IMG/VR virus record: IMGVR_UViG_3300038393_001148
Strand: one strand, 5' to 3'
Length of the DNA: 64,000 nucleotides
Source: a virus
Taxonomy: Duplodnaviria; Heunggongvirae; Uroviricota; Caudoviricetes
Part shown: positions 1 to 10,374 of the stretch, in pieces
Position numbering within the stretch: position 1 is the stretch's first letter
How the letters are laid out: each line of letters starts with the position of its first letter
Position numbers and translations under genes: made by a program
The notes under the pieces: model-generated
What the model saw: only the letters and a program-made list of their open reading frames with translations
Databases searched by the model: none
Told to the model about the DNA's origin: nothing

Positions 1-134
1 GTAGGCATGTTGGTTGTGTTGAAGCCATAGACGCGCCTCATGTTCTCCCCACAGCCTCGGCAGACAATCGGAACGCTGACATAGCTTTCCTTCACTACGT
101 CGCAATGGTCACATTTGTATTCATAGGCAGGCAT
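1..134 (-). CDS. FmdB-like zinc-ribbon protein (3' end runs off the window)
   Basis: Manual translation MPAYEYKCDHCDVVKESYVSVPIVCRGCGENMRRVY; the MPxYEYxCxxC...CxxCG pattern is typical of this family. Confidence 0.7.
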   Translation of the reverse strand, partial: MPAYEYKCDHCDVVKESYVSVPIVCRGCGENMRRVYGFNTTNMP

Positions 135-596
135 CTAGCGGTACCACGAAGCGCCGTGCTTCTTCCTCGCGTGTTCGCTGTTGATCTTGCGGCCCTGAGG
201 GTGAGACCGGTTGTAGATCCCCGCCACGATGGACGGATCCGGGGTGCCGTTCACCGGGAAGATCTCCCGACGACGACGACTCTGCAAGTGCTCCTCGAAA
301 AGAATGGGATCTGCGCCTCCGATCCCCCTCGCCTCACCCTCTCCCTGATACCAGATATGGCCTTGCATGCAGGAGTATTCAACAAACTCCAAGACCAATT
401 CGTTACCGGCTTCGTCCTTGAGCCCCTGGCTTTCGGAGCGGACCTGGCCCGTATGTTTTCCCCTCCCCTTGCATTCGCGGCAGATCTCTGAACGCGCGTC
501 CTGACGCAGCCAATCGTCAGCCATAAGCTCTAGCTGACGATTGGTGTACGTCTTACCCTCCTCAAATTCAGGAGTCTCCTCTTCTTGTCGCCACAT
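135..596 (-). CDS. Hypothetical protein with CxxC
   Basis: 153 aa ORF packed in the minus-strand operon. Confidence 0.7.
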   Translation of the reverse strand: MWRQEEETPEFEEGKTYTNRQLELMADDWLRQDARSEICRECKGRGKHTGQVRSESQGLKDEAGNELVLEFVEYSCMQGHIWYQGEGEARGIGGADPILFEEHLQSRRRREIFPVNGTPDPSIVAGIYNRSHPQGRKINSEHARKKHGASWYR

Positions 597-1039
597 TAGA
601 TGATCAACCCTACTTCATCATCTACGAAAGCGGGCTTTGTGATCACTACGCCATTGAGAATGATCGTGTCATCGGCGAAGTAGCGCTCGCTTAGCTGCTT
701 CATCGCCTGCTCAACATATTGTCCGACTGACACGGTAGTGATTTTCATAAGCTTCGCCACGTCTCTCTGCTTCTGATCGAGTATGACATTATACCATACA
801 GCTTCACGCTTCCGTGGAGACAAATCCTTGAGACCATCCATCAGGTCCCAGAAGCTTATTGTCACGCTGATCTTCTGCTTGACTGTCCCATCATCATTAT
901 AGATGAAGTATCCGTGATCGATTACATGATGTCCGGTGTGTCCTACATATTCTCGGAACTCGATATAGTGCCGAAAGATCTCTCGAAGAATCCTGTGCTT
1001 GGGAATCTCCTCCGTAAGCTGTCCCTTAACTTGCGCCAT
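596..1039 (-). CDS. Sigma-70 family (ECF-like) RNA polymerase sigma factor
   Basis: Region-4-like HTH (LSPRKREAVWYNVILDQKQRDVAKLMKITTVSVGQYV); start reassigned to ATG 1039 after a GGAG SD. Confidence 0.65.
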   Translation of the reverse strand: MAQVKGQLTEEIPKHRILREIFRHYIEFREYVGHTGHHVIDHGYFIYNDDGTVKQKISVTISFWDLMDGLKDLSPRKREAVWYNVILDQKQRDVAKLMKITTVSVGQYVEQAMKQLSERYFADDTIILNGVVITKPAFVDDEVGLII

Positions 1040-1052
1040 AATCTCCAATATA

Positions 1053-1577
1053 TCATGGGGTACTGTTAGAGTACCCCAATGTAGTGAGACCAATAGCAAT
1101 AGCGTCTGACTCATCAAACACCTTGGTCCACTTGCTCTTCTTAGGCGCAAGTTCTGGTAGCAATTGTAATACCCCATTCCGCACCGCTACCTTAGTTGCT
1201 TTGGGACTCCCGCCGATGCGCTTCTTTACTGTCACAGCGGCCACCTGGGTCACCTGAGCGCCGAAAGCAAAAGCGATGCCCTGGACCGCAGCTAGGGCAG
1301 CATGAGCCAAGAATACTTGGGAGGAATTGGTGAAGCCCCGGACCGGAAGAACTTCGCAAGCGACCTGATCGGGCTCGTGAAACGCGAAGAGTTGCTCGGC
1401 GTTCTCGACCATCTCCTGAACGACGCGAAGCCGGTACTCCTGATACTTCATGGAGTCCGGCTTGTGCGTTTCCCAATAGGTCGAGTAGACATACTCGACC
1501 ACATTTGTCTTCTCGTCGTAATCGAGAATGGCTACGCCCATACGACCCGCGCCGGGGTCGATGGACGCCAACCTCAC
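1053..1577 (-). CDS. ruvC: RuvC-like Holliday junction resolvase
   Basis: SIDPG, VACE, VKKRIGGSPKATK and DESDAIAI motifs; GTG start overlaps the upstream TGA. Confidence 0.85.
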   Translation of the reverse strand: MRLASIDPGAGRMGVAILDYDEKTNVVEYVYSTYWETHKPDSMKYQEYRLRVVQEMVENAEQLFAFHEPDQVACEVLPVRGFTNSSQVFLAHAALAAVQGIAFAFGAQVTQVAAVTVKKRIGGSPKATKVAVRNGVLQLLPELAPKKSKWTKVFDESDAIAIGLTTLGYSNSTP

Positions 1578-2305
1578 AACTTTGGACCGACGAAGGGCAG
1601 TATCTCTTCTCGGTCCTCGGGCTCTTCGCCCGCTGCTATGCAATCACCTACGAACTTCCACTTTTCATAGATTGCGTCGATAAGCGGTTGGTTACGAACA
1701 TACTCATACTCTTTGAAATCATGAGGCGAATCTTTCGAGACGCACAGGATGATGGCCCGCTCTAGGTCAAACCAGTCCATGTAGATATTAACCTGGGCCT
1801 CGTACTTGGGAGCACACCAGGCCGGAAGGCTCATCTGCTTGAAATCAAACGAGCCCATCGTTTTGATATCGATGAGGTAGTCGCCGTGAACGGGGAGCTT
1901 GCACGGGGCGATGTCGGCTGATCCTGTGGCCCACCGAAAGGGTCCCGGATCCCAGCGGCGTTGTCCCTTAACCTCGATGGCGTCCCAGCCACAGAAACCG
2001 AGCTTTTCGACTACGATGTATTGAATGTAAGCATGCCAGAAATGACCAACCTGGAAAGTTTTCTTAAGGGATACGGGATGAGGCTTACCTTCAAGACGAG
2101 CAAGAGCATTAACTCCACGATGATATAGGTCTATCGCCTTCGGCGTACAGTCGCCACTCGGATGCCAGGCATCGTCGCCCAGTTTGGGACCGAACTCAGC
2201 CGACCACGTAAATTCATCTTGGGCGATAGCGCTGTCGATATGCTGAGCTAGCTTGTGGTTCTTGACAAGACCTCGAACGAAGTCGGTCTTCTTGAGCTTA
2301 ATCAC
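1574..2305 (-). CDS. PD-(D/E)XK exonuclease, Cas4/YqaJ-like
   Basis: GHFWH, GSAD, IDIKT and QVNIY motifs. Confidence 0.7.
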   Translation of the reverse strand: MIKLKKTDFVRGLVKNHKLAQHIDSAIAQDEFTWSAEFGPKLGDDAWHPSGDCTPKAIDLYHRGVNALARLEGKPHPVSLKKTFQVGHFWHAYIQYIVVEKLGFCGWDAIEVKGQRRWDPGPFRWATGSADIAPCKLPVHGDYLIDIKTMGSFDFKQMSLPAWCAPKYEAQVNIYMDWFDLERAIILCVSKDSPHDFKEYEYVRNQPLIDAIYEKWKFVGDCIAAGEEPEDREEILPFVGPKL

Positions 2306-2651
2306 GCAACTCTCTTTCGGCGTCGTCTCGTGTCGGCCGGACCGTGAGATCCACCCAGCCTTCGACTCCTGCCAGAGGAGACTCGGGACAGAAAAGACGT
2401 AGGCAGAGGGCCGCTCTTTTGCCCTCTGCCCAAGCCTCGTCCGATACCTTTTCTAACTGGGTCAGAATCGTTGAGCGCTTAGACCTCTCCCCTGGAATAC
2501 CAGTGGCCTTGCACTCAAAGATCGTCTCCAAGGTTTTGACACGTACATCGCCCTTGTCCGTATCCGAAGCGCCGCTGCTGCGAGAGCGAACACCTCCATA
2601 TGTCTTGGCGACCCAGTTCTCATGGGTCACCGAAACTTCCTTCTTAGTCAT
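2298..2651 (-). CDS. Hjc-like PD-(D/E)XK nuclease (resolvase type)
   Basis: HE...SSGA...GDV...FECKAT motif order. Confidence 0.6.
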   Translation of the reverse strand: MTKKEVSVTHENWVAKTYGGVRSRSSGASDTDKGDVRVKTLETIFECKATGIPGERSKRSTILTQLEKVSDEAWAEGKRAALCLRLFCPESPLAGVEGWVDLTVRPTRDDAERELRD

Positions 2652-2971
2652 TATTCGCGAGTCTTCCTTATCTGGTGAAAGATGTCCTCGCACAGGGTGC
2701 AGATCTCTCCTACTAGTCCGCCGAGGCCGTCGCCGTCTGAGCGAACGTATGGGATCTCCATCGTGCCGGTGAGGTTGCAGGCACCCGAAGACCAGACGTA
2801 ATCCGCCTCGATGTTTCCGGAGCCCTTAATCCGCACCTCCATGATGCGGAGGTTCGATGCCGGGCGACCGCTCTTGCGGGGGAGCGGGGACCGCGCGAAT
2901 GGACCCCCTATGTAGACTAGTTCGTCTGTGCATGGCAAATCCACCGCGTTACGCTTCATCTTACCCATCAC
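2651..2971 (-). CDS. Hypothetical protein
   Basis: 106 aa ORF overlapping both neighbours. Confidence 0.55.
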   Translation of the reverse strand: MMGKMKRNAVDLPCTDELVYIGGPFARSPLPRKSGRPASNLRIMEVRIKGSGNIEADYVWSSGACNLTGTMEIPYVRSDGDGLGGLVGEICTLCEDIFHQIRKTRE

Positions 2972-4025
2972 TATCCTCCTGTGGATCGGTCCGGAAAACC
3001 GGCTTTGTTACGTTGCGAACGTTAAGAACCTTTAGAACTTCATCTCGGATCGTATTTATGGCACCGGGGTTCCCTTCGAAGAAGGTCGTGGCGTCGGCGG
3101 ATCCTCGAATTTTCCCTCCGGGGAATACGTCGTGGTAATACCATCCGCCTCCTCCGGTCTTTAGAACACCGGTTCGCTTACCGGTGTTCAATATATCAGA
3201 TATCTTATCGACGCCGAATGGGAGATCATCGGTCTCCATCGAGTAGTGATCGAAGACCGCGCGCTTGTTAGTTCCCTCGTCCTTCTTGGTGCGCTTGATA
3301 ACGGCGACGATAGATCGACCCGCAATGACATCATCGCCATCGACCTTCACTGTGTAACGCTCTCGGCCCGGCTTTAGCTGGACTCGGATCTCAGCCGTAT
3401 GCTTGAGCGCGTGTCCACCGGGAGATTCCACCATGCCTGGAATACGGGCGTTCATGTCATCGCGGATTTGGTTTAACAGGATGATAGTCTTCTTACGCTT
3501 CCACGCAGGAGTTTGAATGCGCTTAATACCCCAAGTGATCAGCGCAGACTGACCACCCTGGGAAGGCCTCCCATTATCCCCCGCTTCAGAGGGGCGAAGG
3601 ATCGCCCCGATAGAGTCAAAGATAATAAACTGGATATCATCATCCATGACCATCTCGTATAACGCAGTGAAGGCTTGTTCTCCTTCATCCGGCCATACGA
3701 TGACGAGCTTATCGAGATCCACGCCATTCTTCTCGGCCCAGGCAGGATCGAAGCCTGGCTCTACGGCAACAAGGCCACACATCTTACCCATCTTCTGGGC
3801 TTCGACAATGGCATTGAAGCCGATGATGGATGACTTTCCAATGTCGGGCGGTCCGAAGACCTCAATGACTGTGCCGTCAGGCCAACCGCCTGTTCCCAGG
3901 GCATAGTCCAAAGAGAGAATACCCGTAGGGGTCACAGAAGTTACAGGAGTGAACCGTCCCGATGCCGCCGCCTTGTGCCCAAACTTACGCTCAAAGCGCT
4001 TAGCGATATCGTCAGCGCTTGTCAC
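2961..4025 (-). CDS. recA: RecA/UvsX recombinase
   Basis: TGILSLDYALGTGGWP, GPPDIGKS, FDSIGA, NQIRD and PGGHALKH motifs. Confidence 0.95.
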   Translation of the reverse strand: MTSADDIAKRFERKFGHKAAASGRFTPVTSVTPTGILSLDYALGTGGWPDGTVIEVFGPPDIGKSSIIGFNAIVEAQKMGKMCGLVAVEPGFDPAWAEKNGVDLDKLVIVWPDEGEQAFTALYEMVMDDDIQFIIFDSIGAILRPSEAGDNGRPSQGGQSALITWGIKRIQTPAWKRKKTIILLNQIRDDMNARIPGMVESPGGHALKHTAEIRVQLKPGRERYTVKVDGDDVIAGRSIVAVIKRTKKDEGTNKRAVFDHYSMETDDLPFGVDKISDILNTGKRTGVLKTGGGGWYYHDVFPGGKIRGSADATTFFEGNPGAINTIRDEVLKVLNVRNVTKPVFRTDPQEDSDG

Positions 4026-4037
4026 TATATCCCTTGT

Positions 4038-7000
4038 TCATGATAGTTTCATTCCATCCTCGAAGTGAATCCCTCGGTCCGTCTTCTTGAGCATAAAGAT
4101 TCCTGGCGTTCGTTCCTTCCACAAGAACTTGTATGCCATCCACTGCTGAGGGAACACAGCGAACTCTATGGTTTCTGAGCCCCACTCGATCTTGATGATG
4201 CCCATATCTTTTCCTGCCGCCTTGGTCTTGACAGGCCTTATATTTACAATAGTTCCTGGAAGTCTAGCAGCCGTTGCAGATACCGAATCTTGGAACCACT
4301 GGTACTCGTCGCACTCGTCTACCAAGTCCTGATTGTTGGCGAACGCTTCATCACTGTTATCCGTCAGGATAATGCCCAGAAGCTCCTTCTCAGCCTCTTG
4401 AATGACTGACATGGACACCGACCTCTCCACGTAAGCGTCAAAGGCTCCTACGCGATTTAGCGCTTCTATGAGGTTGGACTTGCAACGCATTTTGGGCGAT
4501 GGTTCTTTGAACTGGGCGGGGTTTCCACTTTCTTTGTGAGCCTTTTTCCGCGCCGTCCAATCCTCGCTCTCCAGGGCAAGGGCCTGCTGGAAATCCTCAA
4601 GGGACCAGACGTTATGACGCTCCGCTAGCTCCTTGATATATGCGGCAGCATTCTTTACGCCCTTGACATTCGAGAGTCCGAAATAAATGGCGTCGTCCTT
4701 TACCGCTACGTCCACCTCTGACTTGCGGATGTCGGGCGGGCGGACGGTGATCCCTAGGCGGCGACCCTCGGCAACGTAGAGCCCGGCATCATCCGGATTG
4801 GTTCGGATGCACGCCATAATGAACTCGGCGGGCGCGTAATACTTCGCGTACAGGGTCCTGAAGGCAATCGTTGCGTAGCAGAGCGAATGCGACTTGTTGA
4901 AGGAGTAGAGCGCGAACTCCTCCAACTTGCTCCAGATCGCGTCACTAGACGATCCTAAGAAATTTGGAGCGATGTCCGAGTAGCCCTTACCCTTCCATTC
5001 GCCCTTGCCGTTGCGCAAGGCCTTCATGTCTTCGGGCTTCTTCTTACCGAGAATCTTCCGGACGGCATCGGCGTCAGATTCCGAATACCCCATCTTCGAG
5101 AACAGAGAGATTACCTGCTCCTGATAGATGAATAGGCCGTAGGTGTCCTCTAGGATACTCTCTAGGAAGGGATGATCGTAATCCACCGGTTCATCGCCAC
5201 GGCGACGAGCTACGAATCGATCTACGGTTCCAGAGCGGATAGGACCAGGACGGTTCAAAGCAACAATGATCGATAGATCCTCTACCGACCGGGGCTTGAA
5301 GTCAATCGCTAGCTGACGGACGAAAGATTTATCTTCAATTTGGAAGATGCCCGTAGCCAAACCACGGTCAAGCATCTCCCACATTTCTACAGGATGATCC
5401 TTGGCTTCTAGACCGGACCACTTCACGTTTACACCTTGGCCCTCCTTGACTTGACGATGCCAATCCTGTAGGGTGTCAAGCGTTCGGAGACCAAGAATGT
5501 CCTGCTTGACGAATTGGCGCGTTTCCACTTCCGTCATCGGGAATACCGTTGCTTGACACTCCTGAGAGGCAGACCACATTGAAGGCAGTTCCGCATCTAG
5601 AGGAATATCTGACACAACCACTCCTGAGGCATGCACGCCGTATCCGGAGACACGAGAGGTCACAACCTCAAGAAAATTCATCCAACGAGAGAGAATCGTG
5701 CGCCGATCTTGAGGCTGTTGGTCAATCCATCGCTGAATATGACCACCCACATGATCCCACACGTAGATCTTCTTCCCCGATCCGTCATCCTTCCAGCCGA
5801 TAGAGTCGGACCCAAGGATCTCGATATCAGGGACGGTAGCAACGATCTTCTTTACCTGTTCCTTTTCGAGGAACGTAACGCCCATGGCGTTATAGGTCTT
5901 GTCCAGCGCTGCCTTGGGTTTCATGCGCGTGACCGTTCCGATGGAGCGCACGTTGTTCGAGCCCCATCGCTTTGCCAGGTACTCCTTGATCTTCTTGCGA
6001 TCACCCTGGGGAAAATCGTTATCGATATCAGGGAAGCCCTTGGCGCGGCCGGGGTTATAGAACCTCTCGAACGAAAGCTTGTAGCGAATCGGATCTACGT
6101 CTGTGATGCCTAGTGCGTATGACACCAGGGCTCCGGCTGCCGATCCTCGTCCTGGACCTCTAGTGATCTCTTCCTGATCACAGAACTGACAGAAGTCCCA
6201 TGCTTGAAGGAAGTAATGCTCTAGTCCACCTTCAAGGAAGACCGTCATTTCCTTCTCCGCACGATCCCAGATCGATTGATCGGGATTGTCTCCATAACGC
6301 TCATGGATCCCAGCCTCCACCAAGTCAATGAAGAGCTTGGCGGCCGACTCCTCCTCTTCTACCTCTAGGTAAGGACACTCACTAGGTATAAACGCTGGCA
6401 AGTGGCGACTTACCGCAGGAAGTTCTACATCGCAACGCTCAGCTATTTCGACGGTATTACGAAGGGCTTCATCAACGAGAGAAGCAGGAAGATAATGCAG
6501 AGCATCACGGATTTCGAACTCATCCATCATGTAAAGAGCCATCGGGTGCCACATCTTGCGATCCTGGATCGGCGTATCGACGGACTCACCTGTCTGCATC
6601 GCCACGTATGCGTCGTGGACGGGGTATTGATTGGGGAACGCGAAGTGAGCATCGTTGGCGTACACCACGGGGATCCCACGCTCTTGCGCTACTTGCGCAA
6701 GCATCAGGTTGAGTTTTTCTTGGTCGCTCCCAGGGTAGGTGTGGAGTTCAATGAAGAAATTGTCCTTGTAGATTTCAAGGTACTTATCCAGGGCCGTCAG
6801 GTCCCCATTCTCTAGACCCTGAGGGACCAACCCCTGAATGCAGGCTGAGGTAGCGAACAGCCCTTCGCTGTAGCGCTCCAGGTCGTCCCAGTGGACACGA
6901 CCGACATAGCGGAAGTTCTTAGAAGCACTATCTACGAGACGCCAAAGGTTCTTTAGACCTTCGCTCGTCATGGCACCCGCGACAAAATGCGCTTGATCGC

Positions 7001-7253
7001 GCTCGTTCCGGGTCCAGTTAGAGAATCCCTTCGGCTTTACGCCGTGATAAAGCTCCGAGCCGAAGATGGGCTTAATGCCTTTATCCTTCAAGGCACGAGC
7101 AAACTCTAGGTGCCCACTGACGGTACCGTGATCTGTGATACCGACAGCGGGGCACCCGAGTTCTTCTGCCCTCTGCACAATTTCGCGACAGGTGGATAGA
7201 CCGTCAAGTGCTGAGAACTCACTATGATTATGCAGAGGACAAAAGATACACAT
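4038..7253 (-). CDS. dnaE: DNA polymerase III alpha subunit
   Basis: PHP domain (LHNHSEFSALDG, ITDHG, NDAHF), GPGRGSAAG, FPDIDNDF, YSFNKSHS, C-terminal OB fold. Confidence 0.97.
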   Translation of the reverse strand: MCIFCPLHNHSEFSALDGLSTCREIVQRAEELGCPAVGITDHGTVSGHLEFARALKDKGIKPIFGSELYHGVKPKGFSNWTRNERDQAHFVAGAMTSEGLKNLWRLVDSASKNFRYVGRVHWDDLERYSEGLFATSACIQGLVPQGLENGDLTALDKYLEIYKDNFFIELHTYPGSDQEKLNLMLAQVAQERGIPVVYANDAHFAFPNQYPVHDAYVAMQTGESVDTPIQDRKMWHPMALYMMDEFEIRDALHYLPASLVDEALRNTVEIAERCDVELPAVSRHLPAFIPSECPYLEVEEEESAAKLFIDLVEAGIHERYGDNPDQSIWDRAEKEMTVFLEGGLEHYFLQAWDFCQFCDQEEITRGPGRGSAAGALVSYALGITDVDPIRYKLSFERFYNPGRAKGFPDIDNDFPQGDRKKIKEYLAKRWGSNNVRSIGTVTRMKPKAALDKTYNAMGVTFLEKEQVKKIVATVPDIEILGSDSIGWKDDGSGKKIYVWDHVGGHIQRWIDQQPQDRRTILSRWMNFLEVVTSRVSGYGVHASGVVVSDIPLDAELPSMWSASQECQATVFPMTEVETRQFVKQDILGLRTLDTLQDWHRQVKEGQGVNVKWSGLEAKDHPVEMWEMLDRGLATGIFQIEDKSFVRQLAIDFKPRSVEDLSIIVALNRPGPIRSGTVDRFVARRRGDEPVDYDHPFLESILEDTYGLFIYQEQVISLFSKMGYSESDADAVRKILGKKKPEDMKALRNGKGEWKGKGYSDIAPNFLGSSSDAIWSKLEEFALYSFNKSHSLCYATIAFRTLYAKYYAPAEFIMACIRTNPDDAGLYVAEGRRLGITVRPPDIRKSEVDVAVKDDAIYFGLSNVKGVKNAAAYIKELAERHNVWSLEDFQQALALESEDWTARKKAHKESGNPAQFKEPSPKMRCKSNLIEALNRVGAFDAYVERSVSMSVIQEAEKELLGIILTDNSDEAFANNQDLVDECDEYQWFQDSVSATAARLPGTIVNIRPVKTKAAGKDMGIIKIEWGSETIEFAVFPQQWMAYKFLWKERTPGIFMLKKTDRGIHFEDGMKLS

Positions 7254-7261
7254 ACACTTAC

Positions 7262-7477
7262 CTATCGCTTGATCTTGTATTCATAAGAACCCGTCTCGGG
7301 GTTCTTGCGGGAAATAATGTCAATTCCCTCAGCGCGAAGCTCGCGCAAACGACGCAAGCCCTCGGTTCCGCCGATCTCTGGCTTGGTTAGCTCGTATCCG
7401 GGAACGTACTTGCGCTGTGACTTGAGGTAGGAATAAACGCGCTCCTTCCTTGTCATCGTATTTGCAGTACTAGTCAT
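7262..7477 (-). CDS. Small winged-HTH-like protein
   Basis: 71 aa; GLRRLRELRAEGIDIISR...YEY pattern. Confidence 0.55.
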   Translation of the reverse strand: MTSTANTMTRKERVYSYLKSQRKYVPGYELTKPEIGGTEGLRRLRELRAEGIDIISRKNPETGSYEYKIKR

Positions 7478-7505
7478 TTCACCTCCTTCCTTCTATTGCC
7501 AAGAT

Positions 7506-7964
7506 TTACTTCCATCTGGCCTCCTTCCTTGCCTTAACGGCAAGCTTGTCTGCTTGCTCGTTGTACTTGACCCCTATATGACCACGTACATGTCGCCACT
7601 GAACCCAGTTATGAAGTAGGACGGCCTCGTCTAAGGCATCCCACAGATCTTGGTTTACGTTCCTAGCACGACTAGGGAACTGACAACCAAGCACTACGTA
7701 ACTTGAGTCAGAGACAATTTCGATTTCGCACGATCCGTACTCGTCATATAAGCTCTGCAAAGCCTCAACTTGGCTTTGCATCTCCATGCGGTTATTGGTC
7801 GTAGGGGGCGGGACGAATCCAGAGCCTTCAACTACTGCTCCAAATCCGTCAACCGCCACCCACGCCCAACCACCGGGTCCTTCCTTTGTTGAGAAGGACC
7901 CATCGGTATAACAAAGTATACCCTTAGATGGATTCAATTCCATGCTGGGCAGTCGCCATCCCAA
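7506..7964 (-). CDS. rnhA: Ribonuclease HI
   Basis: YTDGS, TNNRME, SDSSYV, HVRGH and NEQADKLA motifs. Confidence 0.95.
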   Translation of the reverse strand: MGWRLPSMELNPSKGILCYTDGSFSTKEGPGGWAWVAVDGFGAVVEGSGFVPPPTTNNRMEMQSQVEALQSLYDEYGSCEIEIVSDSSYVVLGCQFPSRARNVNQDLWDALDEAVLLHNWVQWRHVRGHIGVKYNEQADKLAVKARKEARWK

Positions 7965-8190
7965 TCAGGAAACCGATAATTACCCATGATCTTGCTGCTG
8001 CCCGTGAATCTGGAACAAAATCACCCACCCGTTCAATGAGATACGACTGAGCCGAATGATCTAATCCAAAGAATTCAGACAGAGCACTTATGGCCTCTGC
8101 ATACTCTCTAGAGTCCTTGCCATAATGCACCATGGCTATGGTTTCGAGATGCTCAAATCCTTTAGCGATATGATCATCCGTTACTTGCAT
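7924..8190 (-). CDS. Hypothetical protein
   Basis: 88 aa ORF in operon. Confidence 0.6.
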   Translation of the reverse strand: MQVTDDHIAKGFEHLETIAMVHYGKDSREYAEAISALSEFFGLDHSAQSYLIERVGDFVPDSRAAARSWVIIGFLIGMATAQHGIESI

Positions 8191-9122
8191 TAGCCCTCGT
8201 GCATCGCCCTAAGCGCCTGGAAATTGGCACCCGCGCGGCCAGCTTCGCGCTGCGAAGGGCGGGCCGGTGCCTTTGCGGGAGCAGGCGTGCTACCGCCTCC
8301 GAAGCGGTCCTCAATGTGATCGATCGGTCCGACAAGGCGCTCGTAGCGCTCGGCATCGGCAAGCTCATTGAGCCGCTTATCGAGCAGGCGGTCACCGATC
8401 TCTAGTGCTACATCCAGAGGCTCAGCGGTCAGGTCGAGGTCGTCAAGCTCCCCGCGCAGGTAGGCAACCCCGCCGATGTTCTCAAACAGATTGCCGTAAT
8501 CAATAGGCTGATCGAGATACGGCGTGAAATCGTACGCCGTGTTTGCATCCTTGCCCCGGCGAAGGATTTGTAGCGGCACTTCCTCAATCGGAGCCGTTGA
8601 CTCATTGAACGAGCCAACCCAACCGAAGAAGTTGTTGCTGGATTGGACGATGACTCCGATCAACGGAGCCTCGACCTCCTCGGTTCCCCCGTCTTCGGTC
8701 TTGCGGGTGAAGGTTTCCGTTTTGACCTCGAATCCCGTAGGACGCTTACGGCCATTCACCGTTGAGTAAGTTGGCTCAAGCTCCACCGCTGCTGCGATGG
8801 TTCGTAGCTGAGCCTTGCGGCCGAGGCGGTCGGTCAGATCATCTGCCGCCTCGCCGATGGCCGGATCAGTACGAGAAATGAACTGCTCATACTTGGTGTA
8901 GGTCTTACCAGCCTTGCTGGTTCCCGTTCCAACCGGAATAAAGCTGTGAAGCTCCACGGTTGGAATGTCCTCTGCGCGATTGAGAAAAGCGATGAACTTC
9001 TCTTCGCGGTCGTTGTTCCACTGGATCTGACGTACGAACGTCGGATAAGGATTGGTGCCCTGGCCCCGCTGAGCATCAGCGGCCTCCTGCATTGCGGTCA
9101 TTCCGCGCCGAAAATCCGGCAT
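8190..9122 (-). CDS. Putative single-stranded DNA-binding protein
   Basis: 310 aa, aromatic/beta-rich N-half and low-complexity tail, located between RNase H and primase; function inferred from context. Confidence 0.45.
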   Translation of the reverse strand: MPDFRRGMTAMQEAADAQRGQGTNPYPTFVRQIQWNNDREEKFIAFLNRAEDIPTVELHSFIPVGTGTSKAGKTYTKYEQFISRTDPAIGEAADDLTDRLGRKAQLRTIAAAVELEPTYSTVNGRKRPTGFEVKTETFTRKTEDGGTEEVEAPLIGVIVQSSNNFFGWVGSFNESTAPIEEVPLQILRRGKDANTAYDFTPYLDQPIDYGNLFENIGGVAYLRGELDDLDLTAEPLDVALEIGDRLLDKRLNELADAERYERLVGPIDHIEDRFGGGSTPAPAKAPARPSQREAGRAGANFQALRAMHEG

Positions 9123-9212
9123 TTGTTTTTCCTTTCGTTAGTTAGCGCTATTGAGCTACAAGAGCTACTTCGGTGCGCGTTTATTTCTACTGCGTAGTTT
9201 ACAGGGACGTGC

Positions 9213-9380
9213 TTACGAGTCCTCTTCGTCCAAACGGTCAGAGACAGTTGCTCTTTCCGAATCGGACATTTCGCCGACGCTGGTCTTGCCCGTCTTGCGA
9301 AGTTCATCGGCAATCGCCGCGTGGCCTTGCTTAGAAACCACCTCGGTCTTTTCGACTGATTGGTACTTCTTAAAACCCAT
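9213..9380 (-). CDS. Small hypothetical protein (55 aa)
   Basis: Manual translation MGFKKYQSVEKTEVVSKQG...EEDS; fills the operon gap. Confidence 0.6.
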   Translation of the reverse strand: MGFKKYQSVEKTEVVSKQGHAAIADELRKTGKTSVGEMSDSERATVSDRLDEEDS

Positions 9381-10374
9381 AAGTCACCCCCTTCAGGTGA
9401 ACCGATACCTCATCGGGACTCAAATCTCCGAGATCCGCCCCCTCTCCTTCTACGAGAGGGACGCGAAGGATCTTGACGTATCGATCTAACTCTTTCATGG
9501 CCGTATTCATCCAATTTGTACCAGCCAGGTCATTATCGGGAGCTAAGATCACGCCTTGGTAAACAAACACTCGCAGGAGGCGCAACTGCTCCCTTGTAAT
9601 CTGAGATCCGAAGGTCGAGACGGCCGAGTAGCCCTGCCCAATCAACATCAGCGCTGTGGGCACGGACTCTACGATGATGGGTGGCTGTTTCTGAGTCTTC
9701 GCCCTGTCATAGCCCCACAAGGTTGTCTCGCGCGGGAAGTCGGTTGTGTTGGTGTACTTGCCGAGCCACTTGGGACGGTCGGGATCAAGCCAGCGCGACT
9801 GCCAGCCGACTAGGCGTTCCTTCCAAAAGTGGGGAAGGATAATCGCTGGTCCCTCGTAGGAGCCGTCCTTGGTCATCCGCTTAGCGACGGCATCATAGCC
9901 GAGGCGGAACTCTTCACGGACATCCTCGTAGATATGGCGATCTACGAACCATGGGTGAAACTTATCAGTCCAGGACTCGATGACTCGCTCGTTGAAATGA
10001 GGAAGTGGCTTAATTTCCTCCTTCGGCCTCTCCATCATCTTGGCGACTCGCGAATAGAAGTCCTGCGGAGACTCCTTCGAGTACGCATCGACAAATTGGT
10101 AGAGGTACTCGGTCGCCAACGAATAGTCGATGCCCTTGACCTCCATCACCAGGCTTAGCATCGACCCGCCGCCGCAGACCCAGCAGTTATAGACACCCTT
10201 GCTCCGGTTGATTGCAAGCTTGCCCGTGGTGTCACCGTTCTTATGGTTCTGGGTCATGAGACAGTAACCCTTGTCCTCATCCCCCGACGAGAACGTCGGC
10301 TCCCATCCCAGATCCTCGTAGAGCTTGTCGTAATCCAAGCGGTCTACGAGATCCTGAAGGTTTAGGGTCTTCAT
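9370..10374 (-). CDS. dnaG: DNA primase (Zn finger + TOPRIM)
   Basis: YNCWVCGGG, IIVESVPTAL and LAPDNDLAG motifs. Confidence 0.9.
   Translation of the reverse strand: MKTLNLQDLVDRLDYDKLYEDLGWEPTFSSGDEDKGYCLMTQNHKNGDTTGKLAINRSKGVYNCWVCGGGSMLSLVMEVKGIDYSLATEYLYQFVDAYSKESPQDFYSRVAKMMERPKEEIKPLPHFNERVIESWTDKFHPWFVDRHIYEDVREEFRLGYDAVAKRMTKDGSYEGPAIILPHFWKERLVGWQSRWLDPDRPKWLGKYTNTTDFPRETTLWGYDRAKTQKQPPIIVESVPTALMLIGQGYSAVSTFGSQITREQLRLLRVFVYQGVILAPDNDLAGTNWMNTAMKELDRYVKILRVPLVEGEGADLGDLSPDEVSVHLKGVTYGF

Noticed and set aside
1574-2305. Cas4-like gene as a sign of a CRISPR-Cas system
   Set aside because: No repeat-spacer array or other cas gene seen in the window; stand-alone Cas4-like exonucleases are common in phage replication modules
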